Part shown: piece by piece, positions 63,590-64,000 of the stretch
Layout of the letters: every line of letters starts with the position of its first letter
How positions within the stretch are numbered: position 1 is the stretch's first letter
Virus record (IMG/VR): IMGVR_UViG_3300029850_000008
Reading direction: 5' to 3' (one strand)
Source: a virus
DNA length: 64,000 bases
Made by a program: the position numbers and the translations under genes
Notes under the pieces: model-generated
The model's input: only the letters and a program-made list of their open reading frames with translations
Databases searched by the model: none
Told to the model about the DNA's origin: nothing

Positions 63590-64000
63590 TGAAAGCATAC
63601 AAGGGATTTCATAAGGACATGACATGCAAAGATTTTCAGTATGAAGAAGGAAAATCTTACCATGAAGACAAAGCAGTTTGCTGTGAGACGGGATTCCATG
63701 CATGTGAATATCCGTTGGATTGCTTGAGCTATTATGAACCAAATGATAGCGTTTACCATAAGGTTGAACTGTCTGGAGATACGGATAAAAACACAGAAGA
63801 TTCCAAAGTATGTGCTACAGACATTACAGTTGGGGCTAGACTTTCCATCGCTGGACTTGTTCAGGCTGCTATTGATTTTACCATGAAAAGAGTAAAAAAA
63901 GAAGCAAGCTCCAATGATGACTATGGAGCATCATCCGCAACCGGAAACTGTGGAGCATCATCCGCAACCGGAAACTGTGGAGCATCATCCGCAACCGGAA
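63589..64000 (+). CDS. hypothetical protein with 9-aa tandem repeats, 5' part (runs off the window)
   Basis: ATG 63589 overlaps upstream TGA; repeat GASSATGNC begins at aa ~113. Confidence 0.55.
   Translation, partial: MKAYKGFHKDMTCKDFQYEEGKSYHEDKAVCCETGFHACEYPLDCLSYYEPNDSVYHKVELSGDTDKNTEDSKVCATDITVGARLSIAGLVQAAIDFTMKRVKKEASSNDDYGASSATGNCGASSATGNCGASSATG
63925..64000 (+). repeat. perfect 27-bp tandem repeat (2.8 copies within the window)
   Basis: GGAGCATCATCCGCAACCGGAAACTGT at 63925, 63952 and 63979, in frame. Confidence 0.85.

Noticed and set aside
63925-64000. Possible CRISPR array (identical 27-bp repeats)
   Set aside because: The repeats are directly adjacent with no spacers, and they are in frame within a coding sequence.
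1-64000. Diversity-generating retroelement, retron or CRISPR-Cas content
   Set aside because: No reverse-transcriptase-like or Cas-like ORF appears in the six-frame track, and no spaced repeat array is present.

Overview
The window is almost entirely phage DNA. It is AT-rich and uses strong Shine-Dalgarno sites, which fits a siphovirus-like phage of a Firmicute (Clostridia-type) host. No host flanks are visible, and the gene order looks circularly permuted.

Layout:
- 1-9.8 kb: early and replication genes (MBL-fold hydrolase, SSB, putative ERCC4-like nuclease, SNF2 helicase fused to a DNA methyltransferase, primase-helicase).
- 10-11.75 kb: large serine recombinase, followed by a repeat-bearing non-coding stretch that could be attP.
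- 12.3-19.5 kb: accessory island of micro-genes, RHH/HTH regulators, a Bro-N antirepressor and a J-domain protein.
- 19.5-20.7 kb: non-coding region with iteron-like repeats, a polypyrimidine tract and a TA-rich tract.
- 20.7-28.4 kb: TerS, a nucleotide-metabolism module, two tRNAs (Gln-UUG, Met-CAU) and TerL.
- 28.9-51.7 kb: portal, head and tail genes, interrupted by two cargo cassettes.
- 51.8-55.6 kb: a start-less ORF on the opposite strand, a tyrosine recombinase and lysis genes.
- 55.7-58.5 kb: a cI/Cro-type switch with four palindromic operators.
- 58.5-64 kb: early genes again.

Main observations:
1. Two type II hammerhead ribozymes sit in intercistronic gaps of a minus-strand micro-gene operon (12.3-14.0 kb). 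The other gaps hold a tRNA-like minihelix and a ~190-nt GC-rich pseudoknotted RNA of unknown class.
2. A class 3 (WCT-type) mini-intein splits the Walker A motif of TerL.
3. Four copies of a fixed-geometry late promoter occur in the structural region. Three of them, plus the terS leader, are followed immediately by intrinsic terminators, which suggests an antitermination regulon.
4. A five-gene low-complexity (Q/M/N/G/C-rich) cassette lies inside the head-tail joining genes.
5. An RHH plus Rep-like module with its own consensus promoter lies between the tape-measure and distal-tail genes.

All functional calls come from motif reading by eye, with no database searches.
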